Part shown: one piece after another, positions 31,141 to 41,527 of the stretch
Layout of the letters: each line of letters begins with the position of its first letter
Numbering within the stretch: the first letter of the stretch is position 1
Origin: Geothrix sp.
Lineage (GTDB): Bacteria; Acidobacteriota; Holophagae; Holophagales; Holophagaceae
Direction of reading: 5' to 3'
DNA length: 64,000 nt
NCBI GenBank assembly: GCA_031292655.1
Contig: JARLGO010000222.1
Span: 26,042-90,041 of the forward strand
The notes under the pieces: model-generated
The model's database searches: none
Told to the model about the DNA's origin: nothing
Seen by the model: the letters and a program-made list of their open reading frames with translations, nothing else
Translations under genes and position numbers: made by a program

Positions 31141-32382
31141 CTAACGCGAGGCGGTGGCGAAGCGGCCCTGAACGCCCTCCTCTGTCATATAGTCGCGCGT
31201 CAGCGGCAGCGCGTGGCGGTCGCGCACGATCTGGAGCTGGAAGTTCATGTGATCCGAGACCCGGAAGGCCAGCTCCGAGGCGGAAAGGTAGAATTCGAAC
31301 ATCCGGCAGAAACGCTCGTCATACAGTGCCGCGATGGCGTCCCAGTTGGCGGCGAAACGTCTGCGCCAATGGCTGATCGTCTTGGCGTAGTGCAGCCGCA
31401 GGATCTCGACATCGGCGATGAGCAGCCCTGAGCGTTCCAGCGGGGCGAGAACCTCGGAGAGGGCGGGCGAATAGCCGCCGGGAAAAATATATTTGGTGAT
31501 CCAGGGGTTGGTTGCGTCCGGCCCGGAGAAGCGCCCGATCGAATGTAGCAGCGCCACGCCGTCGGGCTTCAGGCAGCGTTTGAGCGTGGCGAAATAGGCC
31601 GGATAATTGGGCAGGCCGACATGCTCGAACATGCCCACCGAGACAATCCGGTCGAAGGGCCGGTCCATCGCGCGGTAGTCCATCAGCTCGAATTTGACCC
31701 GATCCGCCAGCCCGGCATCCTGCGCGCGGGCGCGCGATTCGGCCAGTTGTTCTTCCGAAAGCGTGATGCCGGTAACGCGCGCGCCGTAATCGCGCGCCAG
31801 GGTCAACGCCGTGCCGCCCCAACCGCTGCCGATGTCGAGCACTTCGAGCCCCGGCCGGTCGAGCTTGAGCTTGGCGGCGATATGGCGCTTCTTCGCGGCC
31901 TGGGCTTCTTCCAGCGTCTCGTCGCCGTGCTGGAAATAGGCGCAGGAATACTGCCGGTCGCGGTCGAGAAAGAGGGCGTAGAGCCGCCCGTTGAGGTCGT
32001 AGTGATGCGCGACGTTGCGGCGCGCGCGCACCGCGTCGTTGGCCTGAAAAATCCGGCGCAGCAGCCGCGCGACTCCCGCGTTCAACGCCAATGCGGGCAT
32101 GTTCTGGTGGTTGAGGTTATCCATCAGCACGGCCAGCGCGTCGTGGATCGTCCCTTCCAGGGCGGTGACGCCGCCCGCCATATAGGCCTCGCCAAAGGCC
32201 AGACCCGGGTTGAGCGCCAGCCGCCGCACGGTTGCGGCATCGCCGATCGTGATCGCGGCGCTGTAGCCCTGCCCGTCGCCGTAGCGGGTCTGGGTGCCGT
32301 CGGGCCAGACAACCCGAAAGCTGCCCCGCCGCAGCAGACCAGCCAGACCGCGATCCAATAAACTTTTGAAGAGCCGCATCAT
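31141..32382 (-). CDS. cfa: Cyclopropane-fatty-acyl-phospholipid synthase family methyltransferase
   Basis: HHYD, YSCAYF, LDIGSGWG, SVGMFEHVG, YIFPGG. Confidence 0.9.
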   Translation of the reverse strand: MMRLFKSLLDRGLAGLLRRGSFRVVWPDGTQTRYGDGQGYSAAITIGDAATVRRLALNPGLAFGEAYMAGGVTALEGTIHDALAVLMDNLNHQNMPALALNAGVARLLRRIFQANDAVRARRNVAHHYDLNGRLYALFLDRDRQYSCAYFQHGDETLEEAQAAKKRHIAAKLKLDRPGLEVLDIGSGWGGTALTLARDYGARVTGITLSEEQLAESRARAQDAGLADRVKFELMDYRAMDRPFDRIVSVGMFEHVGLPNYPAYFATLKRCLKPDGVALLHSIGRFSGPDATNPWITKYIFPGGYSPALSEVLAPLERSGLLIADVEILRLHYAKTISHWRRRFAANWDAIAALYDERFCRMFEFYLSASELAFRVSDHMNFQLQIVRDRHALPLTRDYMTEEGVQGRFATASR

Positions 32383-32441
32383 CTGCCCCACAATCTGTTT
32401 ACGAATAGCTAGGGATTGTGTCGCGGGAAAAAAAGATGCGC

Positions 32442-32480
32442 AAAAGAAAACGGCCCCCGCGATATTTGCGGAGGCCGTTT
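32442..32480 (-). terminator. Intrinsic terminator after rplI
   Basis: GC-rich stem CGGCCCCCGC/GCGGAGGCCG followed by a T tract on the minus strand. Confidence 0.8.
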
Positions 32481-32506
32481 GATGGTTCGTCGTTCGGTGC
32501 GGGAGA

Positions 32507-33067
32507 TTACGCCTCTTCGGCGGTCTCTTCCTCGCCGTAGAGCGGCCCGAGTTCGGGCTTCTCGTCCGGCTCGGCGGCGATCGCCTCGCCGCGCGCCTGC
32601 TTCTCGGCTTCCTCGGGGCTACGGGCGACGTTCACCTTGACCGCGATGATAACCTCGGGATGCAGCGCCACGCGAACCGAGCTGACGCCCAGGGACTTGA
32701 TGGGATGCACCAGCAGAACCTGGTCACGCTCGATGCCCAGACCGGCGGCGGTGCAGGCGTCCGAGATGTCGCGGCTGGAGACGGAGCCGTACAGCGCGCC
32801 GGCATCGGAGGCCTGACGGATCAGGATGATGCTGAGGCCCTGGACGCGCTCGGCCACACGCTCGGCCTCGTCACGACGCTTGATGTTCTGTGCTTCCAAC
32901 TGCGCGCGCTCGCGCTCGAAGCGCTCGCGGTTGGCCTTGGTCGCACGCACGGCCTTGGACTGCGGCAGCAGATAGTTGCGCGCATAGCCGGGCTTCACTT
33001 TGACGATTTCGCCCATCTGGCCGAGTTTCTCGACGCGCTGGAGCAGAATCAGTTCGATATTTGCCAT
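32507..33067 (-). CDS. rplI: 50S ribosomal protein L9
   Basis: [21 protein letters not shown]. Confidence 0.98.
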   Translation of the reverse strand: MANIELILLQRVEKLGQMGEIVKVKPGYARNYLLPQSKAVRATKANRERFERERAQLEAQNIKRRDEAERVAERVQGLSIILIRQASDAGALYGSVSSRDISDACTAAGLGIERDQVLLVHPIKSLGVSSVRVALHPEVIIAVKVNVARSPEEAEKQARGEAIAAEPDEKPELGPLYGEEETAEEA

Positions 33068-33079
33068 GTTCTCTGCTCC

Positions 33080-33358
33080 TTAGGTCAGCACGTAGGGGAG
33101 CAACGCCAGGAAGCGGGCACGCTTGATGGCTTTCGCCAGTTCGCGCTGCTTCTTGCCGGACACCGCCGTGATGCGCGAAGGCACGATCTTGCCCCGCTCG
33201 GAGAGGAAGCGCGACAGCAGACGCACGTCCTTATAGTCGATCACCGGCGCGCCAACGCCAGAGAAGGGGCAGGATTTCTTCCGGCGGAAGAACGGGCGGC
33301 GGGCGCCTACGCCGGGACGGCGTGCTGCGCCTTGGGCGGAATCAAGATCTTCAGACAT
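33080..33358 (-). CDS. rpsR: 30S ribosomal protein S18
   Basis: [27 protein letters not shown]. Confidence 0.98.
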   Translation of the reverse strand: MSEDLDSAQGAARRPGVGARRPFFRRKKSCPFSGVGAPVIDYKDVRLLSRFLSERGKIVPSRITAVSGKKQRELAKAIKRARFLALLPYVLT

Positions 33359-33831
33359 TAGATTTCCTCCTCAATGCCGTAATCGTCACGGTCGGCGCGG
33401 AACTCGTCGCGCGCACGGAATTCTTCGCGGTCGTCCGCGCCGCGCTTGCGCCCGGTCTCGAAACGGCCAGCAGGCTTGGGCCCACGGAAGCCACGCTCGC
33501 GCTCATCGCCCTTGCGCGACAGGATCACCGAGGGCTCCTCGGAGATTTCCTCGATCCGCACGGTCATGAAGCGCAGCACGTCCTCGTTGAGGGTGAGCTG
33601 GCGTTCCATCTCGACCACGGCGGGGGAAGGTGCGTCGATCCCGAGCAGCATGTAGTGGCCCTTGCGGTTCTTCTTGATCCGGTAAGCCAGGCCACGCAGA
33701 CCCCAATATTCGCGCTTCTTGACAGCAGCGCCATCGGCTTCGAGCTGGACAGTCATCGCATCGGCGACGGCTTCAGCCTGCGCCTGGGTAATTTCGCTCC
33801 GTGCAATAACCACGGTTTCATATAACGGCAT
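33358..33831 (-). CDS. rpsF: 30S ribosomal protein S6
   Basis: [23 protein letters not shown]; start at 33831 after GGGAG. Confidence 0.98.
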   Translation of the reverse strand: MPLYETVVIARSEITQAQAEAVADAMTVQLEADGAAVKKREYWGLRGLAYRIKKNRKGHYMLLGIDAPSPAVVEMERQLTLNEDVLRFMTVRIEEISEEPSVILSRKGDERERGFRGPKPAGRFETGRKRGADDREEFRARDEFRADRDDYGIEEEI

Positions 33832-33834
33832 TTT

Positions 33835-33897
33835 TGCTCCCTTCGGTTCGGTTTCAGCTCCGGTCCGGGTCTGGACCACCCAACATTGGGACGAGCA
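33835..33897 (-). ncRNA. S6:S18 autoregulatory leader (rpsF leader)
   Basis: UGCUC pairs with SD-containing GAGCA; CCG just before AAGGGAG; two internal hairpins. Confidence 0.65.
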
Positions 33898-33986
33898 TTA
33901 GCCGGGCGCGATGCCACGCACCCAGCAGGGGAAGGCGAGCGTTTGGCACACCCCCGCCCTCCACACAAGGGCTTTGTCCGACATCC

Positions 33987-36521
33987 TCAAGGAATCAGCT
34001 TGGCTTCCAGCACGTCGTTCTCGCCGGGGATGCGCTCGATGACAAAGCCGAGCCGCTTGATGAAGGCGAGCATCGGCGCGTTATCGGCCAGGATCTGCCC
34101 GGAGATCTCCTGGACGCCCTGGCTCTTGCCCCACGAGATGATGGCTCTCATCAGCGCCGTCGCCAGGCCGAGTCCCTTGGCGGAGGGCTCCACCGCGACG
34201 GCGAATTCCGCGCTGGCGCCATCGGTGTCGTTGCGCACCAGCCGGGCAACGCCGACGGTCTCGCCGGTCGCCTCGCGCACCGCGATCACCGCCATTTCCC
34301 GGGCGTAGTCCACATCGGTGAGCCGGGTGATCTGCTCGGTCGGCATACTGCGGATGGCCGAGAAGAAGCGGTAGCGCATATCCTCGGAGGTAAAGCGGCT
34401 CAACATGGCGGCGTGGGCGTCGGCGTCCTCGGGGCGGATCGGGCGCAGAACGTAGAACTGGTCCTTGATCGCAAAGCGCGTGGTCAGCTCGTTCGGATAG
34501 GGCGAGATGACCAGGGGCGGACGTTTTTCCCCCGGCGGGCGGAGCAGGATGCGCGCGCTCGCCGCGACCACGCCCTCCGGCCCGGCAAAAATCGGGTCGA
34601 GGTCGAGAACCCGGATGTCCGGCGTGTCGATGATGAGCTGGCTGATGCGCACCAGCGTCGCGGCGATGGCGTGCATATTGGCGGCGGCCTGACCGCGATG
34701 CGCGGCCAGCGCCGGGGCGATGGCGGCGCGGTGGATCAGCGCATGGGCGAGGGTGAGGTTGAGGGGCGGCAGATCGGCGGCAAGGCCGGAGGTATCCTCC
34801 CGGTCGCCGCCGCCCGCGCCGAAGCCGATGATCGGCCCGAGCATGGGATGGTCGCTAACCCGGATACGCAGCTGCGTGCCGCGCGGTGCCTGCTGCTGGA
34901 CGACAAACCCGGCGCCGCTGAAGGGCATGTTGTGCTGGGCGAGGCGCGCCTGGATGATATGCGCCGCTTCATACACCGCGTTGCGGTCGGGCAGGTCAAG
35001 CGCGACGGAGCCTTCCAGCCGGTTGGCCGGCATGTCCGGGTGATAGAGTTTAACCACGGCGGGGAAGCCCAGCGCCTCGGCAGCCCGGGCGGCCTCCTCC
35101 GGTGTTGTTGCGTGGCGGCTGCCAATGACCGGAACCTGGTAATCGGCGACGATGGCGAGCGCGTCGTCCTGCACCAGCGTCTCGTGTCCCGCGGCGCGCG
35201 CGGCGGCGATGCGCGCGGCCACGCTGGCGGCGTCGGGCGCGATGCGAAGCACTTCGGCGTCCGGCAGTTCGCGCGCGGCGGCGCGGTTGCGGCGGTTTTG
35301 CAGCAGGTGCCGGAAGCCGCCGATGGCGCTCTCGGGCGTGTCGAAACAGGCGAGCCGCGCCTGGCTGAGCCGGTATCGGTGTTCCAGCCCGTGCGCCTCG
35401 CCCATCGCGGCGATCAGCAGCGGCACTTTGACGGTTTTCGCGCAGGCGATCAGCGCCTCGATGGCGGTATCGTCGTCGCGTCCGGTGGGCGCGTGGATGA
35501 CCAGTATCCCGCCGACTTCCGGCGCGGTGGAGAGCAGTGCGGCGGCATCGGCCAGGCGGGTTGGCTCCCTTCCCGCAAAAATCGGCCCCGGCGGCGGCGT
35601 CAGCCCCAGGCTGAGCGAGAGCACCTGCGCCGTCTCTGGCGAGAGCTCGGTGAGTTTGAGGCCCAGGCTCAGCGCATAATCTCCGGCCAGTCGTCCGATC
35701 GCCACCGAGTTGGTGATGATAGTGAGGCTCTCGCCGCGCGCTGGCTTGACCCGTGCAAGGGTCTCCGCCGCCGCGAGAAACTCGCTGATCGAGCCGGTGA
35801 GCAACACGCCCGCGCGCGAGAAAGCGGCTTCGAGCGCGGCGTAGGAGCCGCCCAGCGCGTCGCGCAGCCGCGCGCCGGGGGCGACGGCGACAACCGGGCG
35901 CAGCCTTGCCGCCGCGCGCGCCGCCGAGAGGAAGATTTTGGGATCGCGCAGCCGGTCGATCTCGACCATGATCGAGGCGGTGCCGGGGTCGCGCGAGAGA
36001 TGGTCCAGCACCAGGCCAAAGCCGATATCGGTGTTGCCGCCGATGCCGATGAGGTGGCTGAAGCCGACGCCGTTCGGCACCGCCCAGTCGATCACCGTGC
36101 GCGCGATGGAGGCGGACTGGCCGACCAAAGCGACGCGCCCGCGCGCCGGGATGCTGTTGAAGGAAGAAGCGTTGAGGCCAATTCCAGGCAGGACGCAGCC
36201 GAAGGAATGTGGTCCGAGGACGCGGATTCGGGCGGCTTTCGCCAGCGTCGCCAGCCCAGGCGTGTCCGAGAGGACAAACCCCCCGCGCGCGCCCTGCTCG
36301 GCATGTCGCGCCAGGGCGGCGGGAATATCGCCGGTATCATCGGCGACGATGGCGAGATCGGCGTTTTGCATCTCGTCGGCTTCGGTGGCGATGGTCCCGG
36401 TAAAATTCGCCGCCCGCAGATTGGCCAGGACGTGCTGGCCCAGCGCCGTGGTGCTGCCGCTCAGGCTCACCGAGGCCGGGTGGAAAACGCGATCAGGGTC
36501 GAAGCGAAACTTTCTTTTCAT
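33987..36521 (-). CDS. Protein lysine acetyltransferase (acyl-CoA ligase-like + GNAT; Pat/Pka type)
   Basis: GQSASI, ATP-grasp-like region, C-terminal RPIRPED...RYRFF...EFAVAV...GLG GNAT. Confidence 0.88.
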   Translation of the reverse strand: MKRKFRFDPDRVFHPASVSLSGSTTALGQHVLANLRAANFTGTIATEADEMQNADLAIVADDTGDIPAALARHAEQGARGGFVLSDTPGLATLAKAARIRVLGPHSFGCVLPGIGLNASSFNSIPARGRVALVGQSASIARTVIDWAVPNGVGFSHLIGIGGNTDIGFGLVLDHLSRDPGTASIMVEIDRLRDPKIFLSAARAAARLRPVVAVAPGARLRDALGGSYAALEAAFSRAGVLLTGSISEFLAAAETLARVKPARGESLTIITNSVAIGRLAGDYALSLGLKLTELSPETAQVLSLSLGLTPPPGPIFAGREPTRLADAAALLSTAPEVGGILVIHAPTGRDDDTAIEALIACAKTVKVPLLIAAMGEAHGLEHRYRLSQARLACFDTPESAIGGFRHLLQNRRNRAAARELPDAEVLRIAPDAASVAARIAAARAAGHETLVQDDALAIVADYQVPVIGSRHATTPEEAARAAEALGFPAVVKLYHPDMPANRLEGSVALDLPDRNAVYEAAHIIQARLAQHNMPFSGAGFVVQQQAPRGTQLRIRVSDHPMLGPIIGFGAGGGDREDTSGLAADLPPLNLTLAHALIHRAAIAPALAAHRGQAAANMHAIAATLVRISQLIIDTPDIRVLDLDPIFAGPEGVVAASARILLRPPGEKRPPLVISPYPNELTTRFAIKDQFYVLRPIRPEDADAHAAMLSRFTSEDMRYRFFSAIRSMPTEQITRLTDVDYAREMAVIAVREATGETVGVARLVRNDTDGASAEFAVAVEPSAKGLGLATALMRAIISWGKSQGVQEISGQILADNAPMLAFIKRLGFVIERIPGENDVLEAKLIP

Positions 36522-36522
36522 A

Positions 36523-38061
36523 CTACACCAGGAGTTCGATTAAAAACGGGCCGGGTCGCGCCACGCTCGCCGCCAGCGCGACGTTGAGCGCATCGAGCGA
36601 GGCCGCCCGCGCGGCGGGCACGCCCATGCCCCCGGCGAGCTGGCACCAATCCAGCACGGGGTTGGAGAGGTCCATCATATCGAGCGCGGTGCGCCCTGGA
36701 TTGGCCCCGACCCCGGCGAGTTCGCCGACCAGGATCGCGTATTTCCGGTTGGCGAGGATGATGGTGGTGACATCGAGCCGCTCGCGCGCCTGGGTCCACA
36801 GGCCCGCGAGGCTGTACATGGCCGAGCCGTCGCCCTGGAGCGCGATGACCCTGCGCCCCGGTGCGCCGATGGCCGCCCCCACGGCGAGCGGGATGCCCTC
36901 GCCGATCGCGCCGCCGACCAGCATCAACCAGTCATGCGGCGGCGCGGCATGGGTGCCGGGAAAGAAGCCCCGGCCATAGGAAATGGCCTCGTCGATGATA
37001 ATGGCCTGCTCGGGCATCAGCGCGGCGAGGGATTGCGCAACCCCCTCGGGCGTGATGGCGCCCTGCGGCGCGTCGGGGCGCGGGCCGGGATCTGCCGGGG
37101 GCAGGTCGGGCGCGCCCAGGCGCTGCGCCAGCGCCGCCAGTGCGGCCGTCGCGTCCTGTTCCGGGGTGCTGAGGACAAAAATCTCGCAGCCTTCCGGGGT
37201 AAGCACGCCGCGCTTGCCGGGATAGGCGAAGAAAGAGACCGGCGGCGTGGCGTTGATCAGGATGACCTGCTCGGTCCCGGCGAAGACGGCAAAACCCTGG
37301 TCGATCGGATAGGGGATACGCTCGGCCTGAACCCGCCCCCGGCCCCGCGCCAGCCGGGCGGGCGAACGCTCGAGGCGCAGCTTGGCCCCGCAATGCCGGG
37401 CGATGCTCCAGGCGGCGCGCATCGGCACCTCCCCCAGCGCCGCGCCGCCGAGCAGGAGCAGGGTCGGCCTGCCGTTGCGCAACAGCGCGGCGGCGGCCTC
37501 GATGGTGGTTTGCGCGGCGGTCTCGGGCGCTACCGGCGCGCTTGTCTGGGCGATGACGCCGCCTTCCTCCCAGGCGGTATCGGCGGGGAGGATCAGCGTC
37601 GCGATCTGTCCGGGAAACCGCCGCGCCGCGGCAACCGTGGCGGCGACATCCGCGCCGACGCTCGCGGCCGACTCGGTGCGCCGGACAAACGCGCTGACCG
37701 GGCGCGCGATGCCCTCGACATTAGAGGTCAGCGGCGCGTCGAGCGGGCGATGATACGTCGCCTGATCGCCGACAATATTGACGACGCCCGAGCGCGCCCG
37801 CCGCGCATTGTGCAGATTGGCAACGCCGTTGGCCAGGCCCGGCCCGCAATGCAGCAGCGTCGCGGCGGGTTTGCCGGTCATCCGGTAATAGGCGTCCGCC
37901 GCCCCGGTCACGACGGTCTCATCCAGGCAGAGCACGCAGCGCATACCGGGAATACGGTCCAGCGCCGCGACGAAATGCATCTCGCTGGTGCCGGGATTGG
38001 CGAAAACCGTGTCGATTCCCGCTTGCAGCAGCGTGTGTACCAGACTTTCGGCACCATTCAT
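36523..38061 (-). CDS. ThDP-dependent enzyme, acetolactate synthase large-subunit-like
   Basis: FANPGTSEMHFV, LLHCGPGLANG, GDGS...N ThDP motif. Confidence 0.88.
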   Translation of the reverse strand: MNGAESLVHTLLQAGIDTVFANPGTSEMHFVAALDRIPGMRCVLCLDETVVTGAADAYYRMTGKPAATLLHCGPGLANGVANLHNARRARSGVVNIVGDQATYHRPLDAPLTSNVEGIARPVSAFVRRTESAASVGADVAATVAAARRFPGQIATLILPADTAWEEGGVIAQTSAPVAPETAAQTTIEAAAALLRNGRPTLLLLGGAALGEVPMRAAWSIARHCGAKLRLERSPARLARGRGRVQAERIPYPIDQGFAVFAGTEQVILINATPPVSFFAYPGKRGVLTPEGCEIFVLSTPEQDATAALAALAQRLGAPDLPPADPGPRPDAPQGAITPEGVAQSLAALMPEQAIIIDEAISYGRGFFPGTHAAPPHDWLMLVGGAIGEGIPLAVGAAIGAPGRRVIALQGDGSAMYSLAGLWTQARERLDVTTIILANRKYAILVGELAGVGANPGRTALDMMDLSNPVLDWCQLAGGMGVPAARAASLDALNVALAASVARPGPFLIELLV

Positions 38062-38097
38062 GGTTGGTCATCTCCCAGGAAAACCCTGCCCTGCGCG

Positions 38098-38117
38098 TTA
38101 TACACTCGTTCTCCACA
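38098..38117 (+). promoter_or_regulatory. Tandem DnaA boxes upstream of dnaB
   Basis: TTATACACT and TTCTCCACA, each one mismatch from TTATNCACA, 2 bp apart. Confidence 0.55.
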
Positions 38118-38164
38118 GGGCCATGCAATGACGTAGCTCAAGCTTTGCTTTAGGAGAGGGGCGT

Positions 38165-39649
38165 ATGAACTCCGTTGATACGCCACTTCTCGGTCTTTCC
38201 CAACGCCTGCCGCCCAGCAACGTGCAGGCCGAGCAGGCGCTGCTCGGCGCGCTTCTGGCCAACAACAAGGCTTACGAGCGGGTTTCCGAATTTCTCACCG
38301 CCGAACATTTCGCCAACCCGGTGCATGGCCGGATCTTTGAGGCGATTCGCCGCCGCTGCGAGGCCGGGCAGATTGCCGATCCAGTGACCCTGCGCGGCGA
38401 GTTCGAACATACCGGCGTGCTGGAGGAGGTCGGCGGCACCGCCTATCTCGCGCAGTTGCTCTCGGCGATGGTCGGCATCATCAACGCCGGGGATTACGGG
38501 CGCGTGGTCCGCGACGCCTGGCTGCGCCGCCAGTTGATCGACATCGGCGAGACGGTGGTGAACCGCGCCTTTGGCGCCGAGCCGGAGCTGGACGGCGCCT
38601 CGCAGATCGAGGCGGCGGAACAGACCCTCTTCAACCTGGCGACGGCGGGCGGCTCCGAAGGCAAGGGCCTGACCTTCCGCCAGGCGCTGACCGAGGCGAT
38701 CGACATCGCCTCGAAGGCGTTCCAGAATCAGGGCTCCGTCTCCGGCCTGGACACCGGCCTGCGCGACCTGAACAAGCGCACCGGCGGGCTGCATCCCTCG
38801 GATCTGATCATCCTCGCGGGCCGCCCCGGCATGGGCAAAACCGCGCTGGTGACGAAAATCGCTTTTGGCGCGGGCAAGGCGCTGCTGGCCAACGCCCGGA
38901 TCGACAACCCGAACGCCCTGGCCAAACAATGCGTCGCCATCTTCTCGCTGGAAATGAGCGCCGACCAGCTCGCCACCCGTCTGCTCGCCGAGGAGGCGCG
39001 GGTCTCCGCCGACAAGATCCGGCGCGGCGAGATCAGCTCACGCGATTTTGATAATTTCGTGAAAGTGAGCCGCGAAATCGCCGACATCCCGCTGATCATC
39101 GACGACACCCCCGCGATCACCCTCTCCGCCCTGCGCACGCGCTGCCGCCGCCTGCAACGCACCAACGGCCTCGGCCTGGTGATCGTCGATTACCTGCAAC
39201 TGATGCGCCCCGCCGCCGGCACAAGGCCCGAGAGCCGCGTCCTGGAAATCAGCCAGATCACCCAGGGGCTGAAAGCGATCGCCAAGGAGCTGGCCGTCCC
39301 GGTGATCGCGCTCTCCCAGCTCTCGCGCTCGGTGGAAAGCCGCGACGACAAACGCCCCCAGCTCTCCGATTTGCGTGAATCCGGCTCGATCGAGCAGGAT
39401 GCGGACATGGTGATGTTCATCTACCGCGACGAATATTATCTGCAGCAGAAAGAGCCGAAAATCGTCGCCTTCGAGCGTGAGGACAAGTATCACGAGGCGA
39501 TGGAAAAGTGGAAGGCGGACATGCAGACCGTCTATCAGAAAGCCGAGCTGATCCTGGCCAAGCAGCGCCACGGCCCGACCGGCAAGATCGACCTGTTCTT
39601 CGAGGGCGAATTCACCCGCTTCGCCGATCTCGACACCGTGCATGACTGA
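38165..39649 (+). CDS. dnaB: Replicative DNA helicase
   Basis: AGRPGMGKT, FSLEM, VDYLQL, LSQLSR, DLRESGSIEQDAD, KQRHGP; no intein visible. Confidence 0.98.
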   Translation: MNSVDTPLLGLSQRLPPSNVQAEQALLGALLANNKAYERVSEFLTAEHFANPVHGRIFEAIRRRCEAGQIADPVTLRGEFEHTGVLEEVGGTAYLAQLLSAMVGIINAGDYGRVVRDAWLRRQLIDIGETVVNRAFGAEPELDGASQIEAAEQTLFNLATAGGSEGKGLTFRQALTEAIDIASKAFQNQGSVSGLDTGLRDLNKRTGGLHPSDLIILAGRPGMGKTALVTKIAFGAGKALLANARIDNPNALAKQCVAIFSLEMSADQLATRLLAEEARVSADKIRRGEISSRDFDNFVKVSREIADIPLIIDDTPAITLSALRTRCRRLQRTNGLGLVIVDYLQLMRPAAGTRPESRVLEISQITQGLKAIAKELAVPVIALSQLSRSVESRDDKRPQLSDLRESGSIEQDADMVMFIYRDEYYLQQKEPKIVAFEREDKYHEAMEKWKADMQTVYQKAELILAKQRHGPTGKIDLFFEGEFTRFADLDTVHD

Positions 39650-39674
39650 GCCGAAGCATGACTGAGCTGAAGTT

Positions 39675-40745
39675 TTGAGCGCCGTGCTGGAAATCGACCT
39701 TGAGGCCATCGTCGAAAACTGGCGCGCACTGGCGGCGCGGCACAGCGCGCCAACGGCCGGGGTGATCAAGGCGGACGCCTACGGTCTGGGTGCCGCCCAG
39801 GTCGCGCCCAAACTCCTCGCCGCCGGGTGCGAGCATTTTTTCACCGCCCATCTGCATGAGGCGCTGGCCGTGCGCCCGTTGCTGCCCGGCGTCCTGCTGG
39901 CGGTGCTGAACGGGATCGAACCCGGCGAGGCAGCGGCGTTTTCGGAGCAAAATATCACCCCCGTGCTGGGTTCCCTGCGCGAAATCGCCCTCTGGCGCGC
40001 GGAGGCGGCGCGGCGCGCGCGCGTATTGCCCGCCATTGTGCATATCGACACCGGCATGGCCCGGCTCGGGCTTTCCGCGCCCGAGCTGGCGGCCTTGCGC
40101 GAGGACGCGGCGCTGCTCGCGGGCCTGCGCGTGGACTATGTAATGACCCATCTGGTCAGCGCGGACACGCCCGAGAGTGCCCTGAACCCCCGCCAGGCGG
40201 CGGCGTTCTTCGCCGCGGCCCGGCAGTTTCCCGGCGCAAAAACCAGTTTTGCCAACTCCTCCGGCCTATTCCTCGGCCCCGCCTTCCGCTCGGACCTCGC
40301 CCGCCCCGGCGCCGCGCTCTACGGCCTGAACCCGACGCCTGGGCGCGAAAACCCGATGCGCCGCGCGGTCCGCCTGACCGCCCCGATCCTGCAAATCCAC
40401 GAAGTCCCGCCCGGCGGCACGGTAGGCTACGGCGGCTCCTGGACGGCGGCGCGTCCGAGCCGGATCGCCACGCTCGGCGTCGGCTACGCCGACGGCTACC
40501 ACCGTTCGCTCTCCAACCGCGCCACGGCCCGCTTTGACGGCAACCCCGTCCCCCTGGTAGGCCGAGTCTCGATGGACCTCACCACCTTCGATGTGACCGA
40601 TACACCCGCGATGCCGGGCGACCTGCTGGAGCTGATCGGCCCCGGCCACGCCGCCGACGCCCTGGGCGCGGAAGCGGGCACCAACGGCTATGAAATCCTG
40701 ACCTCTCTGGGGCGGCGTTATCGCCGGCGGTATCTCGGCGCATGA
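39675..40745 (+). CDS. alr: Alanine racemase
   Basis: VIKADAYG, HIDTGM.RLG, RPGAALYG, GYADG, GRVSMD; TTG start. Confidence 0.96.
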   Translation: MSAVLEIDLEAIVENWRALAARHSAPTAGVIKADAYGLGAAQVAPKLLAAGCEHFFTAHLHEALAVRPLLPGVLLAVLNGIEPGEAAAFSEQNITPVLGSLREIALWRAEAARRARVLPAIVHIDTGMARLGLSAPELAALREDAALLAGLRVDYVMTHLVSADTPESALNPRQAAAFFAAARQFPGAKTSFANSSGLFLGPAFRSDLARPGAALYGLNPTPGRENPMRRAVRLTAPILQIHEVPPGGTVGYGGSWTAARPSRIATLGVGYADGYHRSLSNRATARFDGNPVPLVGRVSMDLTTFDVTDTPAMPGDLLELIGPGHAADALGAEAGTNGYEILTSLGRRYRRRYLGA

Positions 40746-41527
40746 ATTTTCTGCTTAATCTGGTCGCGTCCATCGGGGCGGCGGTGCTGGGCGCGATCGG
40801 GCTGGTCGGCGAGCTGGCGATTTTCGCCTTTGTCGGCCTTTCGCACATCTTCCGCCCGCCCTATTACCCGCGCCTGATCCTGCGCAGCTTCATGGAAATC
40901 GGCTATTTCTCCCTGCCCGTGGTGGCGCTGACCGCGCTGTTCACCGGCATGGTCCTGGCGCTGCAATCCTACACCGGCTTCTCGCGCTTCAACGCCGAGA
41001 GCGCGATCGCCAGCATTGTCGTCCTCTCGGTGACACGCGAGCTGGGTCCGGTGCTGGCGGGGCTGATGGTCTCGGGCCGCGCCGGTGCGGCGATGGCCGC
41101 CGAGCTGGGCACCATGCGCGTCACCGACCAGATTGACGCGCTGACCACCCTTTCGACCGACCCGATGAAATACCTCGTCGCCCCGCGTCTGCTGGCGGGC
41201 ATCATCGCCCTGCCGCTGCTCGTCGGCCTTGCCGACATTATCGGCGTCATGGGTGGGTTTCTCGTCTCGACGCAAAAACTGGGCTTCACCTCGAGTACCT
41301 ATCTGGTCAGCACCTTCTCGCATCTGAAGGCGGAGGACGTGATCTCCGGCCTGATCAAGGCCGCCGTGTTCGGCTTCATCATCGCGCTGATGGGCAGCTT
41401 CAACGGCTACCGCTCCAAAGGCGGCGCGCAGGGCGTGGGTGCGGCGACAACCTCCGCCGTGGTCTCCGCCTCGATCCTGATCCTGGCGATGGATTACGTC
41501 CTCACCCAGGTGTTGTTCGTCAAATGA
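40742..41527 (+). CDS. mlaE: Lipid asymmetry ABC permease
   Basis: RELGPV, GR.GAAMAAELGTMRVTDQIDAL, GVGAATT. Confidence 0.93.
   Translation: MNFLLNLVASIGAAVLGAIGLVGELAIFAFVGLSHIFRPPYYPRLILRSFMEIGYFSLPVVALTALFTGMVLALQSYTGFSRFNAESAIASIVVLSVTRELGPVLAGLMVSGRAGAAMAAELGTMRVTDQIDALTTLSTDPMKYLVAPRLLAGIIALPLLVGLADIIGVMGGFLVSTQKLGFTSSTYLVSTFSHLKAEDVISGLIKAAVFGFIIALMGSFNGYRSKGGAQGVGAATTSAVVSASILILAMDYVLTQVLFVK

Noticed and set aside
33834-36587. 917-aa plus-strand ORF
   Set aside because: Antisense shadow of the Pat acetyltransferase gene
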